Assembly (NCBI GenBank): GCA_012295275.1 | Contig: CM022678.1 | Location: forward strand, 11,284,001 to 11,348,000 | Length of the DNA stretch: 64,000 nt | Source of the DNA: Chrysomallon squamiferum | Lineage: Eukaryota; Animalia; Mollusca | Reading direction: 5' to 3' | Shown here: piece by piece, positions 33,571-50,073 of the stretch | How positions within the stretch are numbered: position 1 is the first letter of the stretch | Layout: each line of letters starts with the position of its first letter | Program-made: the position numbers and the translations under genes | Notes under the pieces: generated by a model | What the model was told of the DNA's origin: nothing | The model's database searches: none | Seen by the model: the letters and a program-made list of their open reading frames with translations, nothing else

Positions 33571-35304
33571 TTTTTTTTTTTTTTTTTTTTTTTATTATAA
33601 TGAAGCAACCTGTTCCAATAATATATAATTTTATTTTTAAATATATTAAATTTTTTGTTATTACTATTTTTATCTGATAATTTTTATTTCAAATTATGTA
33701 TTATTAATATATTATCTATAGTTTTAATATCTTTCAAACAAAAAAATTATAAATAATAAAGGAGTAATTTAGACATTTTGTTGTATAACTGTTTACTCAG
33801 AATATTCATGATTTTTGTTAATATTTATATTAATTTGTGTTTTCAAATTTCTATTTTATATTGTGAAAGTTATCAGTGATAGTATTAACAACAGAAGGAA
33901 TAACCAGAATAACAATAACAATAATAATAATAATGGAGATAGTAATAATTATTATAACAGTAATAATAGTAGTAATAACAATAGTAATAACAATAATAAG
34001 AAGAAGATTTGTAATAATGATACTGAAGATATTCATAATCTATTAAAATATTTTCACTATTAAAAATATATTTTTCCATAAAAAAATTTTCAGTAATTTC
34101 TCCAAATGGATGACACTTACTGGTAGTTTAATTATTTTGATAGGGTTCCAAAATATACAAATTAAATTATTCAAAAGAATTTAGAGCAGATGATAAAAAA
34201 TAATTTTCTTTTTAAATTATTCTGTAGTTCATCTTCTCCTTTTTTATTTTTTATTTATTTATATTTTTATTATATATTTTTTAAATATTTTTTTTCTTCT
34301 TTTTATACATTTTTTTCCTTGTCTCATTCTTTTTTTTTTTTTTTTTTTTTTTTTAAAAATCCTAGCCCCTGATTATAATTAATTAATTAATTAATTTCTG
34401 TTTTCCTGTCTTTTTGCCATCTCGACTTCCAGTTCAGACTTTTAATTTGAAACTGACAGTAAAAAGTCAACTTCAGAACAAAACGTAATTAGGAAAAATC
34501 TTTGAGACGTTTTGTTATTTGTCCACTCTGTTCTCAATGTCCATTAAAGCCAGTACTGACCAGTAGAACCGAGGCTACTTCTTTCTGACCGTCCAGACTA
34601 TGATATTGATTAAGGTAAAATAGCTTTCTTGGAAATAAATGAAAAATTGATTTGTACTCAAAAGATCAAGTATTTTTTTTTTCTTCTTTCTGTCTTTCGT
34701 TCTTGTGAAAGAGTTCCTGACATTATATCTGCATTCACTGCACCATAACAAATGGAATTCCATTCCTGTCATCTTCTTCTTCTTCTTCTTCTTCTTCTTC
34801 AGTTTTTTGTTCAAAAGTATGTGTGTAGGTGTCTGATGTGGGTGACAAAAAGTTATATGTAGATATATACACATATATATATAGGTAAGTACGAAATTTA
34901 TATACGTAAATCTTTTTTTTTAATTTGTCTTATAGAAGTTTAAATTTTTTTTTTTTAAATTTCAAGCATAACTTTTAAGTGTGAATAGAAATTTTTTCTA
35001 TATTGTAATGATGAATAATGATTTTGATGATATATGTTGATGATGATGATGATGATGATAAACATAAATAAATGAAACATGAATTAAAAAATGAAAATTA
35101 ATTATGTGTGTGTATATATTTATAAAACTATATATATATATAGATATAGATAGATAGATAGATAGATAGATAGACAGATAGACAGATACAGATATATATG
35201 TAGTAATTATATAATTATTATTTTTACAATTATGGTTAAAATACATTGTAATAATGATGCATGATAATAACATGACAAGGATGCTAAATAATAATTTGAT
35301 TGTT

Positions 35305-35335
<31 letters not shown>

Positions 35336-36019
35336 ATTGTTATATTTTTGTAATGTGAATTTTATTTAGTTTGGTGAAACAAAATATATTCTTCATATGC
35401 TTAATATTTTTTTTATTGGATTTCAATGAGATGTTTTTAACAGACATTATTGAAAATGTTGTCAGGAATCTTTTATGTGCAGTAAATCATTTTAAAACAT
35501 TTTAGGCATAGAATTATTGTGCTCAGTCTGTTTAGTGTATTTCTAAAAGTCACCTCTTCTCAAAATATTTATATTTTTTTCATTTCCATGATTTCTGATT
35601 TTAATTTGAATAAAACCTATCTTTATAGAATATTTGCTTTCTAATGAACATTTGTTTTTTTTTTTTAAAATGAACATTTTCTTTTTTTAATATTTTATAA
35701 TATATATATATATATTTTTACTATGAAAAATATTTTTATTTGTTTATTTGAATTATCATAAACTGTTATTTAAATATTTGTTGTAAACTTAGTAATATAA
35801 AATGTTTTTCTTTTACCATTATTATATTTCTTCATATTTTGAATTTTCTAAATGATAATGATGATTAATTATCAGTGAATTTATAATTTTGAGATCTTAA
35901 ATTATGAACATCTAGATGCATTTTGGAATTTTGTCAATAGTTTATGTTTATAATGAAATGTGTTTTTCTGTTAGTGGCCTTTCCTTATTCTGAACTGGTT
36001 TCTCTCATTTCATTGTACT

Positions 36020-36117
<98 letters not shown>

Positions 36118-36924
36118 ATGGTTTGTTTGAATGTATGTATATGTTTATGGGCACTTAATAAATAAATAAATACATTTTTAGAAAAATTGCTTGCAAAAAT
36201 AAAGCCAAAGCAAGTATAAATAAATTAGATAGATAAATTAAATATATAAATATATAAAGAAGACAAAACAAAACCTCCAAGAATCTATAATCCACAAAAT
36301 AACCAAATAAACAATAAAAAATCAAAACAAAAAAAAACAAAAACACAACAAGCCAAAAAAAACCACACCCAAAACAAAAAACAAACAAAAAAACAACAAA
36401 GAAGAAAACAAAAAATAAAAAAATCCCCCAAAAACCCCAACAACAACAACAGCAATGTAACAAAAAATTATTTTTTTCCAAACATCTCAATTATTTACGA
36501 GAAATCGAAGAATTAATTTGCTCCGGCCTTGAAGAAGATTAAAAACATTTGTTTTACATTCATCTTGCCGAAACAACGCAGACAGAGATTAATCAAACTC
36601 CGCTTTTAATTAAGATATCTTCTTTTCTACGACTTCCTTGACCACTGGTCACTAGGGGTCCAAACCCACGCTTTGTTTTTTACTTCCATCAGTGACCACT
36701 CGCAGACCAAACATCACCCAGTTTTTTAACGGCTTCGGTTAATCTCAGTTTTACAGACATTTCAGTTTTTTTCAGCCATTGCAGCCAGCTGTAGTTTTAT
36801 TACTGTCTTCATGTCCCCTTCATCTTCGTTTACTTTTCTTTTTTTCTTTTTTTTTACGTTTCTGTGTTAATTGGTAATTTTTGTTAGTTACTGTTGTTTT
36901 TATAGGAAGGTAGATGGAATTATA

Positions 36925-37335
36925 TTTCATAGCATGAAATTATACATCATTATTTGTAAATCAGAGGAATGATATAATTTGTGTATCATAGCATGAAATT
37001 ATATGTCATATAACTTGTGTATCATAGCATGAAATTATATATCATTTTTTTATCTTGTGTATAATAGCATGAAATTATATATCATTTTTTTAATCAGAAC
37101 ATGAATGTAACATGTATTTCATAACATGAAATTATACATCGTTATTTTTTAAATCAGAACATGATTAACTTTTTTAAAATATATCTTATTTTGAAATTGA
37201 ATATGAAGTTTTAAATCAGAACATGAAATACAGTTTTTAAATCAGAGCATTATTTTTTTAGATCAGAACATGATATAACTTTTATATCACAGTATGAAAC
37301 AATCAGAAGAATTCTATTTTCATGATATGAAACTG
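36925..37335. repeat. Degenerate minisatellite with ATAGCATGAAATTATA and AATCAGAACATGA units
   Basis: Several imperfect recurrences of both motifs. Confidence 0.65.
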
Positions 37336-37930
37336 TCTGTAATCTTACCTAATCACAACAAATTAACTTTGTGTCTTGTCATGAAATGTCACGATTTTTA
37401 ATCGGATCACAATATTTCTGTATATTACTGTTTCTTTGCAGTGCAATATATCAGAACTGTTCTGATGTTAAGAACACTGTGACTGTATCACAAAACAAGA
37501 ACAAGAACAACAAAAACAATAACAAACAACAAAGCAGTAATATTAAACAATATAAAGTTATTTTACATGTATTTGAAAATGTCAACCTTTTTGTTTTGTT
37601 TGAGAAAATCAGAATCATATTTTAATTGAAATATTTTATCAGAAAATTCATTTGAACTTGCTTCATAATTATATTTTAATTAAAATATTTTAAGACACAG
37701 TGGTAAAGAGATCTGTATTATAATGATTTGAGAAAAACTGACATCAGTTCATTACTGTATCAGTGTTTGAGAGAAAGTATTGTATATATCATTAGAATTA
37801 TCTATACCTGTATTCTGTTTAAATCTGGTTTCAGAATCTTTGTATTTATCTGTTAATTATATTTTAAAAGATTCATTATTAAATAAACAGAATGCAAAAA
37901 AAAATCAAAAAAAAAATAAATAAATAAACA

Positions 37931-37971
<41 letters not shown>

Positions 37972-38792
37972 AATCTGTTTTTAAATAAGTGAAAATAATA
38001 AAAATAAAGAAATCATTAATGAAAATTATTATTAATTTGAAATCTGTTATTGGTTGGAAAAAACTGAAAAAAAATAAATAAAGGTCAAAAGTGGTAAGCT
38101 AAAATAAATATATAAATATTGATATTTGAATGAAATAAAATTCATAGAATAAATATTAAAAAAACAAAAATATGTTTTCTTTTCTTTTCTTTAAAAATAA
38201 AATGTCAGTTAATTAGCACTAAAAGGGTTAATACAGAATAAAGAATTCACATATTTTTCATTTATGAAAAAAAAAAAAAAAAAAAAAAAAAAAATAATAA
38301 TAACAATAATAACAATAATAATAACAAAATATATAACAATAGTAATAAAAAAAAAAAAATAAATAAAATTTAAAAATCCCAAACTTACTAGCACTGAAAG
38401 GGTTTAATAAACTGTCTTTTAAAAATATTCACATTTCAGTAATTAAATAAAACAAAAAAAAAACATTATATAAAAAAAACAAAAAAACTCCCCATAATAC
38501 ATATTTTTATAAAAAAGCAAATAAACAAATAACAAAAAACAAAGAACTAAAACTGTTAGCACTGAAAGGGTTAAACTGCTGGTCAAACTGCTGGTCAGTC
38601 TGATCAATAGTGTGGAGGAAGAAGATGACCCTCGAGTTATTGATCTTAATTCTTTTCTTCCTCTTTTCTTTTTTTTTTTCTTTTTAGAGTGACCAAGACA
38701 AAGTACTCGGTCTACAGAAAACATTTCACAGGCAGGAAAAGAAACGAAAAACAGATCACGGAATTTCTGAGATTTTCACAGTGAGTAACATC

Positions 38793-39151
38793 TAAGTAAC
38801 TTTTTTTGTGTGAAATTTACATGTCACTGCTATATGACAGCACTAGTGACACAGTGACACTAGCTGTGACAGTTCTGATATTTGTGTTCTGATATAGATA
38901 TGATATCAGATTATAGTTTTTTTTTTATGTAAGGTGATGTTATTATGGTTTAAAATCTTGATGAAATTGAAAAGTTTAAGTAACTTTTTTTTGTGTGAAA
39001 TTTACATATCACTGTTTTATGACAGCACTAGTGACAAAGTGAAACTAGCTGTGACAGTTCTGATATTTGTGTTCTGATATAGATATGATATCAGATGAAG
39101 TATTTTTTGTATAAGTTGATGTTATTAGGTTTAAAATCTAATGAAACTGAA
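38793..39151. repeat. Two-copy ~184-bp direct tandem duplication
   Basis: TAAGTAACTTTTTTTGTGTGAAATTTACAT...GTTTAAAATCT occurs at ~38793 and ~38977. Confidence 0.85.
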
Positions 39152-41044
39152 CTAATGTATTTCTGTTTTAAGACTTGAATGTAACGTAAACTTGGATTAT
39201 CTGAAATATATGAAACTAATTTTAAAATTATTATAATTTAAATACAAATATAAATACAATTTAAAAACGTAATTATTACCTGCAAATACTGTATAGTTGT
39301 AAATGCAATTATAAATCTAAATTAAATACACAGTTATAACTCAAAATAAATGTATAATTTAAAATACAACACAAAATACTATAAGATATTTATTATGTAA
39401 GTACAAATCAAAATCTAAAACGTGATTTTGGTTTTTATAGTAGGTTACACATTGCAGTTTTAAATATAATGTGCTATGATTATAATTCAAAATGAAGATT
39501 TGTAATTTAAGTAAGATTAAAACTTGGAGAGAGTTTAAGTTATATAATGTTACTGTAAATGAAATGTTTACGCAAAATGTTATTTATTTATTAGTTGGTT
39601 TAATTAATTAATTAATTAATTTATTTTTGTTAGTGTTGTTATTATTAATTGATGAATTAATTCTTTATTTTATTTTAATATAATACATATCTACCATCAG
39701 CTTCTCTTACGTACAAAACATTAATAGATTTATTGTATTTTTTATATTTTATTTTTATTTATTTATTTATTTATTCATTTATATAGTTTGTTTATTTATT
39801 TATATTTTTACTTTCTTTATATTTATTTTTTTTATTTTTTTTTTTTTTTTTTTTTTTCTATTTATTTTTTATTTTTTGTCTATTTATTTATATTTTCTGT
39901 TTATTTATTTATTTATTTATGTTTATATTCTTTCTTTCTTTCTCTCTTTATTTATTTATGTAATACTAATTTCTGATTATTGCTTTTAGTCCAAGGATAT
40001 GTAAATATAGATAAATGTATTCAGATTTTAGCTTGTGTAGTTTTAAAATACATTTTAAAACATAGTGGCAAAGCATCTAAGATTATGTAGAGTAAAAGAT
40101 ACAGTTAATATATATGATCTGTGCATCTGTTTGTCTCATAAATTTGTGTGTCTGTATGTCTACCCGTCTTTCTGTCTTCATTTGTTCTTATCACTGCTTG
40201 TTATAATTTCTAAAATTTAATAATAATCAAATAAAAATAAATAAACAGTATGTAAAGTAGTCAGAAAAAAACAAGAAAAAAAACAAATATCCATCTGACT
40301 CAGTCTTTTGCAGTCAGTTGTAACAGGGTGAGCTTAATGAATGAATTCCAATATTTTTGTTCCAACTTTTCTGATTATAGACTTTTACAGATTAAATAAA
40401 GTATGAAGATAACAACAGACTAACAATGTCATAAAACATTATAAACATTATTTTTGATGACATCTTAAAAGATGAATACTTTTATTTATTTATTTATTTA
40501 TTTGTGATTATTTGTTCTGAGTAGTCTCCCTTGTTCCACATACAAATAGGATCTTTTACACACAACCAGGGTATGACAGACACCATCATAAACAAAACTG
40601 AACAAAATTCTGAAACATATACTAGAGTGTAAGACTGGTTGGAACAAAGGAAAGATAGATGAATGAAAAGGATGGATACATAAATAAATTAATAGATAAA
40701 ATGATAGAAATGATGGGAAAACTTTTATCAAAAATTTATTTACAAATGTCACTGATTATACTTTGATACAATTTTATAGAAACAAACATAAAAATTTGTT
40801 ATTAAGATAAATAAAAAAATAAACAAGTAAACTGAATAAAGAAATAAAAATTGATTAATTAATACACAGTAAATATAAAAATATAATAAGAATTGAGATA
40901 TGAAATTAACAAAATCAAACAGACTAAAAAAAAAAAAAAAAAAACCCCAAAACATCCAAATATATAAAGAAAGAAACAAATCGATATATTTAATTAAATA
41001 AAAATGAAACACTAAATAAATAATAATAAATTAACTATCAAGAA

Positions 41045-41075
<31 letters not shown>

Positions 41076-41965
41076 GAAAGAAAAAAAAACCCACAAGATT
41101 GTAAAAAAAAAAGTATTGATAAGTAAACTGGTTCATTAATGAAATAAATAAATAAATGAATAACTAAACAAACAAACAAACAAACAAACAAAAACAAACA
41201 AACAAACAAAACAAACAAACAAACAAACAAACATCTATCTCCCAGCATCTCAAACTTTCTTCACTCAACATTTTCAGGGTCACTGCGTCCATTTTTCCGT
41301 CCCTCCTCCAACTCACTCGGTCACTTTATATTTTTGTTGCTGTGGGAATTAAAACATTACGAGCTATTCCTGCCCATGCAACACACCACACAATTACACA
41401 CCGTGTCACTTCAGACACAGAAAGAATGTAGGTAATTCCTGCTCTGGCCCTGTGAAATATCTTCCGTTACGCAATCAAAATGCAGACTTGCAATACTCCA
41501 CTTGTAAATGTTGAAATGCTATATTTTAACGACAGGCTGAATGCTTTGTGTAAGAGGGTGATGAGGGTGATTACAGGGGATGGGAGATGTTTAATACGCT
41601 GTTGTGGTTTAGTGCAGAATAAAGATATGTGTGCGGTATCTGTTGTATTGTTCAGTGCGAGTTTTGTGAGTTTATTTGTCTAGTCGTGTTCGTGGGTTGT
41701 TTTATTTAGTTTTATTTTATTTTATTTTATTTTATTTATTTTATTTTATACTGTTTTGTTTTGTTTTATTTTATTTTATTTTATTTTATTTTTTATTTTT
41801 ACTGTTTTGTTTTGTTTTGCTTTATTTTATTTTATTTTATTTAATTTATTTTTATTTTATTTTATTTTATTTTATTTTTGTTTTTATTTGTTCTGCTTCA
41901 TGTTTAATTCATTTTGTTCTGTTTTGTTTTGTTTATATTTATTTTATTAATTATTTTATTTTATT

Positions 41966-41996
<31 letters not shown>

Positions 41997-42545
41997 TTCT
42001 AATATTTTAAATATTTATTGGTGGGAGTTTTGAAGAGAAATATAAAGTTAAAGTTATGGTTTTAAAGAAGTTTTGGGTTACAATCTCATCTTTTTGTTCT
42101 ATTTTTAAAGTGTTTATAGAGTTTGTGGTATACAACAGTGTCAGCAGCTACTACAACTGCAGTTTCTATTACTATTACTGGTAGTATTACTACTACTGTT
42201 ATACTATTTCTATTACTATTACTGGTAGTATTACTACTACTGTTACTACTATTTCTATTACTATTACTGGTAGTATTACTACTACTGTTACTACTATGAC
42301 TACTGAGGCTTCATCTATTATAAATACTTTTTTTTTATTTTTTGAAAATACGTTAAGAAGGATAAAGTACTTTCTACATGTTACTTTTTCTTTATCTATA
42401 AACTATTTAATAAATTATTTGTGTTTTTATATATGGGAGTGGTGTGTGTGTGTGTGTGTGTGTGTGTTTATAAAGAGATAGAGTGTGTGTGTGTGAGAGA
42501 GAGAGAAAGAATGAGAGAGAAAATGAGTGAGAGAATGAGTGAGAA

Positions 42546-42607
<62 letters not shown>

Positions 42608-43058
42608 TTACTTTTTACTTTTAACCTGAATATTATTTTTGCATTACAATTTTTAAAAATCTGCTGCCTTTGACCACAACAATGAAAATGACACAAAACA
42701 CAGAAGTCAGTGAACAAAGCAATAATTGCTGACATTATCTTCCAGTTAAATGCATTGAACCCACTAATTTCAGGTTTGTTAATACCTGGGATAATTAACA
42801 ACGTACCTTTCTAAATTTTCTCTTCTGCTTTCATTCAGGGTGAAGCATGTGTTTATTTACTAAGAAACACAGACAGAGAAAATTAACAAATTACAGGTTT
42901 TTATTAATGTTCTTCATAGTCAAAAGACCAGTGGTATTAAATACAAATTGTTGTTTGGATAATAGTATAGCTTTTGTTCAGGCGGAATTATCTCCCATCA
43001 ATTACTTGTGTTGATTAGAGAGGCAGCCATTTGCAATGTAGCTTTTTATTTTTTTATT

Positions 43059-43092
<34 letters not shown>

Positions 43093-44562
43093 TTGCTTGT
43101 TTGCTTATATTTTATTTGTTTATTTATTTACTTATTTTATTTGTTTGTTTATTATTTATTTACTTATTTTATTTTTTGTTGATGTATTCATTTATTTAAT
43201 TTTTTTTCATCAAGAAAAAAAGAAAAGAAAAAAGAAAGAAAGAAAGAAAGTGAAAAAATAAACATGAATTTTGTTGTTTCTCGGTTTCATATTAATTGAA
43301 ATACAAAATGTGTATATAGTAGTTTTTAATTATTTATTTTTCTTCTTTTTTATTATTATTATTTTTTTTTTTTCACTTTTCTGAAATCAGTTTTATGAAA
43401 AGAAAATTAGTTTATATAATTTGAAATTATTTAAAAATATATTCAAAAAAATGTATTTATTTCTTATATTTTTATTATTATTTATTTTTATGTAAAATTA
43501 AGTTTTGCAAATGTTTCGACTTAAAATTATTCAGATGTAAATTATTTTTAAAAATAAAATAAATGTTAGGAAAGAGTAAAAAAATTTGAAAATTCAGTTG
43601 AATTCAAATGATACTGATTCAGTTAAAATACATTTAACCAAGAAATAAAATGTTTAAAACAAAATAAACTAAATTTAATTAAATTAAAAAAAATAAAAAT
43701 AAAAGGAAATAAAATAATAAAAGTAAAATATTAAAAAGAAACAGGAAGCAATGCAGAGCTTATATAAGACAAAATGAAACCAACCCCTCCTCCCAACCAC
43801 ATCCCCCCATGAATTAAATAAAATAAAATTAGGACAAAACAAGAAATGAAAGAACAGACTGTAAAACAAACAAACACAATAACACAAAACAGAAAATACT
43901 TTCATCTCCTTCCACCATTTTTAATCATTTAAAATCTTCTCTTTTTTTTCTTTTCAAAATGGCATCTTTGCTGGTCATCTCAACACCCCTGTCCAGTCTG
44001 TTATTATTACCATCAGCTGTGGTCAGTTTATTTCTGTCAGTTGGAGGTTGTTACACAAGTTCATGTTTGCACGTGTTTATGTTTGCATGTCTAACACAAC
44101 CCACCTGCTGTTTCAACCCTCCCCTGGGCAGCAGACTTTTTCCTCATGTTTATGTTTTAATTTTCACGCCAGCACATTTCTCTTTGTTGCTGACCACTGC
44201 CAGGCGATGGTCAGTGGAATCTTGTTTATGTTCTGTCCACTCCTGACACTGATTGGTCAGTAGCTGGTTTCATCGCCATGGCGATTGCGTAACATCCAGG
44301 GAAGAGCTGTCATCTCTGTGGAAGGTTTTTAATGGCTGCAGAGATAAGATAGGTTTAATATGCCTTCTTTTCCTCTCCATTATCTTTGTGGCACTTCACT
44401 CTGATTAATGAAAAAGCCACTGCTTCTTTAATTCGGCTGCTAGTATTAATTCTTGTTTTTGGTGATTATTTTTGCGGCACTTCTTGATGATTAGTAAAAA
44501 CCTTTGATTAAAAATATCTCTTTAATGTGGTATAGATCTTCTCATTATGTCTCTTGTTGTTG

Positions 44563-44594
<32 letters not shown>

Positions 44595-47500
44595 TTGCGG
44601 CTCTTTTTGGTGATTAGCATGAACCCTGGATAAACCGGGAGTTCTTTAATGTATTCCAGGTTGTTTGCAGATCTTGTCTGTTATTAGCATAATATCTTCA
44701 ATTTTCTTTTTCTTCTGTTTTGATCATTTTTAATCTCCTCAGTTGTTTGCTGTATTTTTAGGTGATTATTCTGACCATTAGTTATTTTCAGAAGAAATGT
44801 TTTGATATCGCTGTTGTTGTTACTTTCAGAAATTAATATCAAAATGTTCACAGTTCATGAACACTTTGGTAATATCTTAGAAAGGAACACTAATACTGGT
44901 CTTCTACCACTATAACTACTACTACTACTACTACTACAGCAACAACTACTACAACTTCTACTAGTACTACTACTTCTACAACAGCAATTACTGCTACTAC
45001 AACTACTGTAACTAAACTACTATTAGTACTACTATAGCTCCTACTACTACCACTAGTACATAATACTACTTTTACTACTACAATTGCTATTATTACTATT
45101 ACTACAGTTAATACAGCTGTTACTAAGACTACTATTATTACTAACATTGCTGCAATTAGAACTAATGCAATGACTACTACCACTATTACTACTAGTACTA
45201 CTACTACTACTACTACTACTGTTACTGTCAGCTATACAACAGCATCAGCATCAACTATATCTCCACCATTGCTTCGAGTACAACCACAACTAAATACTAT
45301 TATACTATTATACTATTATACAAATAATTTCATTTCTTGTTTTGGAAAAACTGCCACCTCTAACAAATGATCTACTCAGACTAAACATTTTCATTAAACA
45401 TTTTTTTTTTTTTTTTTTTTTGCTAATTTCTCTGTTAGAATGGTATTAGAAATTTTAATTGAAACAAAGGAAAATATTTTTTTGCTAATAAATAATTTTT
45501 TTTTTTTGCCTACTGCTACATATTTTCTACATTTCAGGTACAACTTTCTTTATAACTCTGTTAATTTTAAATATTTCTTTTCAATAATAATTCATTTTAT
45601 ATTTTCTTCACAATTTTGAAATTGTAATTTTTATTAATTTTATTAATAAATAGTATTTTTAACATGTTTTATAAAATAATATTAATGTTAAATCCTTTCA
45701 TAGGTAAATAAAATAGTATTTTAGTTATTACTATTTTGATGGGTCCTTTACTCAGTTTGTGTAGAATATTTGCAGCAGGTGGTGAAAATACTTGTAGCTT
45801 TTTTAACTGAAACATCATTTAAAGTTATTTGATTTTGAAATCATTTGTATGGAAAAAGAGGAACAACATCTGCAGCTCACAAACAGTTTTTAAACAATTT
45901 CAGAAACTTTTCTTCAAAGATATTTAGAATAGTTGCTGAATTTTGCAGTGAAATGAAATGACTTTTACAAGTGTTGATTGTCACATTCAATTAAACTTTC
46001 TCTGTTTTCTGTTGAACATTACGAAACATTTCCTGACAGTTCTAATCAACCGTGAACAAAGCAGAAAACATTGCAGAACCTGTCTGTTACAACCACCTTG
46101 ATAAACAAGAAGGATAACAAAGAAAGAAAAAAAATTAGGATAAAGAGATGAAAATTGACCAGTGAACATTTCCATGTTTTTTTTATTTTGTGAAATTTTT
46201 TATTCCAATTTATGGTTGAAAATAGACAAAATTGTATTTATTTAAGGCAAATAAATTTATTTTTAATTATATTAAAAGAAAAAAATATTTAATACAAAAT
46301 TATAAAGTATTTTAAATCAATTTTTAAATATTTCTTTTTTTAACTGAAATATTTTTTTCTTGATAAAAATGGTTATACTGAAAATATATTTTTTTTTATA
46401 TAGAATATAATAATTCTGTTTTAACTTTCCATTTTTGTTATTTATTTATATTTTATTATTTTTTTATAACCAGTTAAACGGGAGTTTTGGGTTGAAAAAG
46501 AAAAAAGAAAAAAAACACACACAAAAAAAAATAAACAGTGTAAAACTTTAAGGAAGTCTTTTATATATACTTTGTTGAACCAGATTATTATAATTACTAA
46601 CAGATGGTATTTTTATAATATTCTTTTTTTTAAATGTTGTTTTAATTAATGTCATCTCTACACAGTTTGTAATACAGAGTGGCTTCATTAAACAGATTTT
46701 GTCTGTTATAGCTTAATAAACAGATATGTAATATTTATTTTGTAAATTAAATAAATAAATAGATAAATAAATAAATAAGTAATAATAATAATAATAATAA
46801 TAATAAAAATAAATGAAAGAATAAAAAATAAATTAATGATTGCTTTAACAGGTGGCTGGATTAAGGAGTGGTGTAATAACTGGTAATAAAAAGGACTGGA
46901 ATAAAGAAGTTTGATATTTACTTGTGTACGTTTTAAAAAAAAAACTGGAACTCTTTTTTTTTTTCTTGTACAGAGCAGCCTTCCCAAGAAGGGGCTCAGA
47001 TGTTTGCTATTTAGAGTGTCCTGATTAGTGAGGTTTGACATGCACTCAGGGCCAGACAGTTTGAAAATTCTTCCTGGGGGGGGTGTTACATCACATAAAA
47101 GAGCAGGACATTCTTGTACCGGTCAGTGAAACCAGTGACCAAACGTTTTCATCTGTTTATGTTTTATTTTAATCTGATTACAAAAGCCATCTTCTTTGAT
47201 CAGCTTAAAACAAAGTTTTCAAACAACCCACGAGGCCTTGTTGAGGTTCTGCTTATTTCTTTTTTTTTTTTTTAAATTAGTTTTTTTTTATTATTAACAT
47301 TGTTACTGTCGTTTTTATTGTCACTTTTACTGGTTTCTTATTGTTAATTTTATTGTATTTATCCACTTTTAATATTTATATTTAGAATTCTGCTGCTACT
47401 ACTAGTATTACTCTACTACTACTACTTATACTATTATTACTACTATGATAATAACTACTAATACCATTACTAATACTAACATTACCACATTTTTAAAAGC

Positions 47501-48157
47501 AATTTCATTTTTTTTAATTCATTTAATTTATCTTTCTTCTGTATTTCAAACAAATTCACAATCTTTAAAATCTTTATACATATTTTTTTTTTTTTTTACA
47601 ACTAAAATCATATAACCCCAAAAGGTCCTTCTTATATAAGAAGGATGTTGTGAAATACCTGTAAAATGTGTGTTATCACTGCAAGGTCAGCCAGTGGTCA
47701 GCAGGGGTCACTCCAGATGTTTTTCTAATCTAGTGGTCTTATGATTCAATGACAACATAGTTTGCCAATTACCAAACAGGCTGTTCAGTTTCATTCCTCC
47801 ATAAAAGAAGAGCTCCATGAACAAATATTTATCTCCCTTATGGTAGCTCTCACAAGAAGAGGTTTAAAAAAAAAAAAAAAAAAATTTAAAAATTTAAAAA
47901 AAGTTAAAGAATTTGAAAAATGCTTTGTATAACTGAAACCAAGCAAATGTGATATAGGAATGTGGAAAATTATTTCTTTTTTTGTTATTTTTTCTTCTTA
48001 AAAAGTAATTTAATAATAATAAATAATAATAGTAAAATAATTACTGAATATCCTTTCACTTATTTTTATTTAAATATGAAAGATTTGTGTTTTGTTCAAA
48101 ATCTTGTTCAAACCAAAAAATAAAATTTGGTAAAGCTAAATAAAAAAGAATAATAAA

Positions 48158-48196
<39 letters not shown>

Positions 48197-50035
48197 CTGA
48201 ATGAAAAATATTTGTGCTCAAAACTAAATAATAATAATGAAAAAAAATGGAAAGAAAAAAGTAATTCAACTGATATTCCTGATCAAACAACTTTTTTTTT
48301 TTGATTCAAATAAATAAAAATAAGATTTTTAAAAAGGAATTTAAAAAAAAAATAAACAATAAACAGTTCAGAAGATGAATTAATCTTGAAATATAAATAC
48401 TGTTTTTTTATTTTTTAAAAAAGAAAAAACAAACTGAAAAACCACAAAAAACTCCACCACAAAACAAAAACAAAACCCACTAAATGATAATGCAATTATT
48501 AATAATATTTACTAAAACTAAATAAAAAATGGGGTAGAAAAAGAATTACAAAAATTAAACAGAATAAATGTTTATTTTTCAAAACAAACAAAAAATAAAT
48601 GGATGAAACAATATCTAACCAAAAACATATTTATCAAAACTGAAAAAAGAAGAAAATACTGAATGATAAAATTTTTTTTCACTAATTCATGTTCATAGTT
48701 TAATAATAATAAAAGAATATTAGAAAAAATAAATTAAATATGTTAAAATATTAAAAAGCAGTTTAAAAACAGTTTATATTTTCATGAATTAATACTGACA
48801 GAAACAGAAAAATATATTTATAGAAACAAAATAAAATATGACTAAAAAAATTGAAGAAATGATGAAAAATGCTCAAACTGCAAAATGTTTGCTAAAACGA
48901 ATGTAATGTGTTTGAAAAAATAAGAACAGTAAAATAAAACTTTGCAAACTGATATTCATATTTTATTCAGAAACAAGATTTGTATTAATATAAAATTTAT
49001 GTAAAAATAACAGAAAAGGATGTGCTGAAAAATTTACATTTTATCTGAAAACAATATTTGTTAAAACCAAAACAAAATTAAGTAAAAAAGAAAAAAGAAC
49101 TGAAATTTTTATATTTTATTCAAAAACAGTTTACTGAAACTAAAAATCAGCAAAAATATAACACAATAATAGTACGTGTTGAAAAATTTACATTTTCATC
49201 ATGTAAACAATATTGACTAAAACAAAATTAAATGAAAAAGAAATAAAAAGAAGAAAAAAAAGACATCTGAAAAAACTAGATAAACTAATATTCATGTTTT
49301 ATTGATAAACAATATTTACAGAAACCAAATAAAATACATATATATATATATATATATATATAAGAAAAATGAGGGGAAACTGGTGAAAAATGAAAACGAA
49401 AAAAAAAAAGCGCTAGACAAATCGATATTCCAGCCCGGTCCACAAAGAAATCCTCATTTTAGTAAAAACTCTTTTTCAGCACTGTCTCGTTTCTTTAATG
49501 GTCAGAAAAATCAATTTCCCCCCGCGATGACCGCTCGCATCCAAACTTGGTAATATTTCGCTCAAAGCCTTCGCTTCTTTTTCCCTCGCTTCTTTACGAG
49601 GTGACATTTTGAGTTTGTTGGCTAGAAAACTAATCCAGTGGTCAAATCTGCGTCCACTTTGGCCATAATTTACAGTCCTCTCATCCAGTGTTGTGTCCAG
49701 CAGACTGGGACCCCAGGGTTTGGGTTGCTTAGCAACAGAAAATTAAAGCAGTGACCATGGTCTTCTGAAACTATTAACTTGGATTTTTTTTTTTTTTTTT
49801 TTTTTTGCCGTTGATGAGATACATGGTCACTCTAGGACTGGTCAGTCAATTTTTATAATTAAATTGTCTTTCTGCTCTGGGATATTTTTCAATCGATAAA
49901 ACTTTTTCTTTTATCGTCTTTAATGAGAAAGTACAGAGAGAGGGAAAAAAAAAGAAGAAGAAGAAGAAAGAGGAGGTGGAAATCTTTTAAAAATAAGTTA
50001 AACAAAATAAATAATAGTCTAATTATCAGTTTATT

Positions 50036-50073
<38 letters not shown>

